A stretch of DNA of 62,497 nucleotides from Clostridiales bacterium (GTDB lineage Bacteria > Bacillota > Clostridia > UBA1381): contig JAQXXM010000060.1 of NCBI GenBank assembly GCA_029226065.1, positions 1-62,497 on the forward strand, read 5' to 3'. Position numbers and translations under genes: made by a program. The notes beneath the pieces are model-generated. The model was given only the letters and a program-made list of their open reading frames with translations, searched no databases and was not told the origin of the DNA. Below, one piece after another: positions 59,132 through 62,497 of the stretch. Every line of letters starts with the position of its first letter. Positions within the stretch are counted from its first letter, which is position 1.

Positions 59132-60004
59132 ATGAAAGCAAATATAGTCGAAATCAAACGATTTGCCGTACATGACGGCGACGGAATTCGAACGACCGTG
59201 TTTTTCAAGGGTTGTCCGCTCAAATGTCTGTGGTGTCATAACCCCGAAACACTTTCACAAAAGTGGCAGCTTGCCTTTTACAGTCACAAGTGCGTTATGT
59301 GTGGAAAATGTGCGGAGGTTTGCGCTTGTCATGCGTTTTCTGAAAATATACATAGAATAGACAGAACAAAATGCACTACGTGCGGAAAGTGTGTTAATGT
59401 CTGTCCCCAAAGTGCTCTTGAAATATTCGGTACGGAAATGAGTACGGATGAAATTTGCACAACTTTGCTTAGAGATAAGGATTTCTACGCAGAGAGCGGA
59501 GGCGGAATTACATTATCGGGCGGTGAGTGTTTGCTTCAAAGCGGCGCTTGCTGTAAAATTTTAAAAAGAATGAAACAAAACGGTATAAACACAGCAGTTG
59601 ATACCTGCGGATTTGTTCCGAGAACGGCAATAGACAAGGTTATGCCATACACAGACACATTTCTGTACGATATTAAGGCGATAGATGAAGATGTGCATAT
59701 TAAATGCACCGGTCAGTCTAATAAAATTATTCTCGATAATCTTGTATATCTGGATAGCTGTGGGGCAAAAAGCGAAATACGCATTCCTTATGTATCCAAA
59801 TATAACGATGAGCAAATACCAAAAATCGCCGAATTTCTAAGCACTCTTAAAAATGTAGTCCGTGTACGGGTTTTGCCATATCACAATTATGCAGAATCAA
59901 AATACAACGCACTAAATATCAAAAATACGCTTCCGATGATTTTGCCGACAAAGGAAGAAATGGAAAAAACAAAAACAATACTATCTTCGTATGGTTTGAT
60001 ATGA
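59132..60004 (+). CDS. Glycyl-radical enzyme activating protein (radical SAM with a ferredoxin insert)
   Basis: CPLKCLWC (CxxxCxxC, C28/C32/C35) plus CVMCGKCAEVC and CTTCGKCVNVCP auxiliary cluster motifs. Starts 18 nt downstream of the GRE. Confidence 0.9.
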   Translation: MKANIVEIKRFAVHDGDGIRTTVFFKGCPLKCLWCHNPETLSQKWQLAFYSHKCVMCGKCAEVCACHAFSENIHRIDRTKCTTCGKCVNVCPQSALEIFGTEMSTDEICTTLLRDKDFYAESGGGITLSGGECLLQSGACCKILKRMKQNGINTAVDTCGFVPRTAIDKVMPYTDTFLYDIKAIDEDVHIKCTGQSNKIILDNLVYLDSCGAKSEIRIPYVSKYNDEQIPKIAEFLSTLKNVVRVRVLPYHNYAESKYNALNIKNTLPMILPTKEEMEKTKTILSSYGLI

Positions 60005-60281
60005 AAAATTTTTAATAAAGAATTGATAACGTAAAAGAAATATAAAACACAGGAGTAGCAATTTACAAGAAAAGTATTGAACAAACAGAAGTCATTTTTG
60101 AGGAGAATTAGATGACAATCCCTCATTTTATTATATAAAACACAATTTGATATATAATCTGATTAGTTTTTGTGAACCGAAAGCCGGATTTAGGCTTTTA
60201 GCCATTAATTGCAATATAGAATTAAATTGCCGGCATGTCAAGGGAGCTCTCTTACGAGGACGCATATTTACTCTTGAAATT

Positions 60282-60318
60282 ATTGCACCCCCTTAATGCA
60301 AATTGCACCCCCTTAATG
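60282..60318 (+). repeat. Two tandem copies of ATTGCACCCCCTTAATG (period 20 bp)
   Basis: 17/17 identical at 60282-60298 and 60302-60318. Confidence 0.8.
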
Positions 60319-60346
60319 AAATTCTATTAAAATATAACTTCTTTCA

Positions 60347-60459
60347 CAAATAAGACTGACTATTTTGATAGAATAGTCGGTCTTTTCTTTTTTATTAAAA
60401 ACGCTCAAATATTGCAGTATTGCGGTATTTTACGGTTTTTACAAATCCTTAATGAATAA
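60347..60459 (+). repeat. Direct repeat, right copy (113 bp), including a second copy of the tRNA terminator hairpin
   Basis: Aligns to 55815-55927. The hairpin AAGACTGACTATT/AATAGTCGGTCTT is repeated at 60351-60383. Confidence 0.85.
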
Positions 60460-60465
60460 GCAAAT

Positions 60466-60511
60466 AGTGCCGTCAAAGAGTTAATTTCTCGACGGCACTG
60501 TTATTATTTTT
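60466..60511 (+). terminator. Rho-independent terminator-like hairpin
   Basis: AGTGCCGTC / GACGGCACT 9-bp stem (60466-60474 / 60491-60499) followed by a T-rich run. Confidence 0.55.
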
Positions 60512-60607
60512 AGTAATCGTTTAATTTATATATTGGTAGTACTTCAATCCATATGAGAGTTAAATGATTGCGTGATTATATTCATAACCTTTTTGTAAAT
60601 GTCAAAT

Positions 60608-60638
60608 GAAGCGCATTGCAAAAATTGCAATGCGCTTC
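60608..60638. terminator. Palindromic hairpin downstream of the immunity-candidate gene
   Basis: GAAGCGCATTGCAA / TTGCAATGCGCTTC, perfect 14-bp arms. Confidence 0.6.
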
Positions 60639-60681
60639 TAAAAGCGAAAATAAATTATCAATATAATTTGATATCAAACTC

Positions 60682-61179
60682 TTAAAAAAGTTTTATCGTT
60701 CTATACAGTTCAAAAACATAGTAAAGACAATACAAGCTACAAAGGATAACCATTACTTTTTTTCTGCCTTGATACCTTTTTACAAATATATCAGTATAAA
60801 ATACATAATGAGCAATTACAGCAAAAAGCTTAATAAATATAATCCATAATCTACTGATAAAAATTTCAAAAAAGTTAAAAACGGATAGCAATGACAAGAT
60901 TACAGGAATTAAGCGAATCGCTGCATTGTATTGCAAAAACTCCTTATAGACCGACTTAAAGGAAACCGTTGCTTTAGAAAACAGATTGAAAATAAAATTA
61001 TCTATAATCGGTTCAATCAAAACACTGCCTATCGCCATCAATACAAGCATTAACCCATAAAATATCCCTTTAGAAAAAGATACTGAACTGATTACCACCA
61101 ACGCAGTATATGCAGCAAGAATCAAAAACGCAGCTTTATCCGTGCACTTGTATATAAAATCACGAAATTTTACGAACAT
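60682..61179 (-). CDS. Multi-pass membrane protein, candidate immunity protein for the adjacent RHS toxin tail
   Basis: 166 aa with 4-5 hydrophobic helices. Lies 65 bp downstream of the toxin ORF on the same strand. Start trimmed to MFVKF, 5 nt after GAGGA. Confidence 0.5.
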   Translation of the reverse strand: MFVKFRDFIYKCTDKAAFLILAAYTALVVISSVSFSKGIFYGLMLVLMAIGSVLIEPIIDNFIFNLFSKATVSFKSVYKEFLQYNAAIRLIPVILSLLSVFNFFEIFISRLWIIFIKLFAVIAHYVFYTDIFVKRYQGRKKVMVILCSLYCLYYVFELYRTIKLF

Positions 61180-61256
61180 TTTAATCCTCATTTCTGTTTA
61201 AAATCTTTAAGTTGAAGGTCATCGTCAAACAGAAAACTATACTTTTTTGTTGAATA

Positions 61257-62219
61257 TTATTTTTCAACATATACGATTCTATCACCAGCCTTAGCGCTTT
61301 CAAAAGAATTAGCACTAAGAATCAAACCCAAAATATTAGCAACAACATCAACATTTGGCGAAAAAATTGATGAGGCTCCAGAACTGGTAAAATCGTTCAA
61401 AACTCGCTTGCTTTCAAGTTCAGCTTCACTTTCGGATAATGGTGATAAAAAACGAAAATTGTAATTCGTATATGCCGCTTTATCAGTAGTATAATTATAA
61501 TTGTCATTATAGCCTTTATTTTTTGTCAATAATAAGCCAACCTTCGGCGATTCAAATCTAATAGGTCCATATCCTTCGTAATTTTCATATCTTTTACTGC
61601 TTCTTATCATTGCTGCTTGATAGTGTGTCGCATCCATAAATTCTGAATTTTTGTTTTTCTTTGCCCAGTTATAAATCTCACCCAACAAAGTTATTTTTAT
61701 AGCATCATCTTTTGTAAGCACAGAATCATCCACTTCAAATCCCGTTAGATCAAAAAAATTCATAGGATTTCCGATACAATACACATATAAATTATTACTT
61801 TGGCGAATCGCTAAGATGTCAATTTCAGCATATTCTCCGTCATGATCATCCCCATATATCATATTATCGGGTGTCCAATGAGAATCCGGCGAAACAAACC
61901 TCCCCAGTTCAGGGTCATAGTATCTTGCCCTTAGATATATGAATCCCGTTTCTGTATCGTAGTATTCACCGCAATAACGGAAAGGATTTGTATCTTCCTT
62001 ATCAGGATTGGTTTCTACCCCATATTCATCATATGTATACTCTTTGATAATATTTCCGGAACTGTTAACTAAGGCCGTTACATCACCGTGGTTATTGGTT
62101 ACATAGTAAGTTTTTGTTCCTTTTTTATCCTTACTATATATTATGCCCGTTACACCACGGATATAATTCGTTACATCTCCGTCCTTAATCTCGGCAATTA
62201 CATATATTCCGTCAAGCAC
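61257..62219 (-). CDS. Orphan RHS repeat-associated core fragment with a C-terminal polymorphic toxin tail (N-terminally truncated)
   Basis: YD repeats, RYYDPELGRFVSPD, then NLYVYCIGNPMNFFDLTGF, then a 160-aa tail of unknown type. The repeat frame continues upstream to an in-frame TAA at 62307-62309. Confidence 0.8.
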   Translation of the reverse strand: MLDGIYVIAEIKDGDVTNYIRGVTGIIYSKDKKGTKTYYVTNNHGDVTALVNSSGNIIKEYTYDEYGVETNPDKEDTNPFRYCGEYYDTETGFIYLRARYYDPELGRFVSPDSHWTPDNMIYGDDHDGEYAEIDILAIRQSNNLYVYCIGNPMNFFDLTGFEVDDSVLTKDDAIKITLLGEIYNWAKKNKNSEFMDATHYQAAMIRSSKRYENYEGYGPIRFESPKVGLLLTKNKGYNDNYNYTTDKAAYTNYNFRFLSPLSESEAELESKRVLNDFTSSGASSIFSPNVDVVANILGLILSANSFESAKAGDRIVYVEK

Positions 62220-62438
62220 GAAATCGGTTTTTTCGCCGTTTACGGTTTTTGATGTACGAAGTCCTGATGAATTATATTTATATTCTGCCTTGTTGAAGTT
62301 CTTTATTTATGTCAGCCTGTTTCCCCTCATGTGTTCCCCAACACTGAAAACAAACTATGCAATATTACCCACCGGAATCATCTCCATAAAGCAAATACTT
62401 TTGAGCATATTCTACAATTCATCAACTTTTATGCCTAT

Positions 62439-62467
62439 ATATTATCATATTTTCCAACATATGTCAA
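62439..62467 (-). promoter_or_regulatory. Putative sigma-A promoter upstream of the orphan RHS module
   Basis: Minus strand reads TTGACA (62462-62467), 17 nt, TAATAT (62439-62444). Confidence 0.45.
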
Positions 62468-62497
62468 TAGTTTTTTGTAATTTTTTCTGTATTTTTC

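Noticed and set aside
59887-60126. 79-aa minus-strand ORF
   Set aside because: It is antisense to the activase 3' end and the AT-rich spacer. It has no RBS and a low-complexity translation.
60282-60318. Possible CRISPR array
   Set aside because: There are only two repeat copies of 17 nt with a 3-nt spacer. No array and no cas genes exist anywhere in the window.
55928-60346. Integrase, transposase or recombinase inside the repeat-bounded cassette
   Set aside because: I looked in all track ORFs and short frames and found none. XerD at 46902-47786 is the chromosomal dimer-resolution recombinase, 8 kb away in a housekeeping context.
62307-62330. 7-codon ORF (MRGNRLT) with an ATG upstream of the RHS fragment
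   Set aside because: I interpret it as part of the decayed RHS repeat frame interrupted by a stop, not as an independent gene.

Overview
62.5-kb chromosomal segment from a low-GC, spore-forming Firmicute. The Clostridia-like assignment is an inference from gene content, not a database hit. About 50 kb (4.3-55.6 kb) is a dense, mostly minus-strand housekeeping backbone. It carries nifJ/PFOR, lepA, nrdDG, ligA, thrS behind a Thr T-box leader, ispA-xseBA-nusB, rnr, aroKE, rarA, asnS-asnA, uppP, coaE, ung, ilvB, xerD and serAC. Sporulation genes are scattered through it: spoVAD/spoVAE, yunB, spoIIP, a dacB-like gene, spoIIM, a spoIVFB-like gene and cwlD. The left edge (0-4.3 kb) is a four-gene oxidoreductase/TIM-barrel sugar module. 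The right edge (55.7-62.5 kb) is the only clearly accessory region. It starts with a monocistronic initiator-like tRNA-Met. Next comes a 4.5-kb cassette (AraC regulator, a short divergent glycyl-radical enzyme and its activase) bracketed by 113-bp direct repeats that begin at the tRNA 3' end. It ends with an orphan RHS C-terminal toxin fragment and a membrane immunity candidate. The glycyl-radical cassette is my best candidate for an undescribed system. I found no CRISPR array, rRNA, transposase or integrase. All calls rest on motif recognition and by-eye alignment, and no searches were run.
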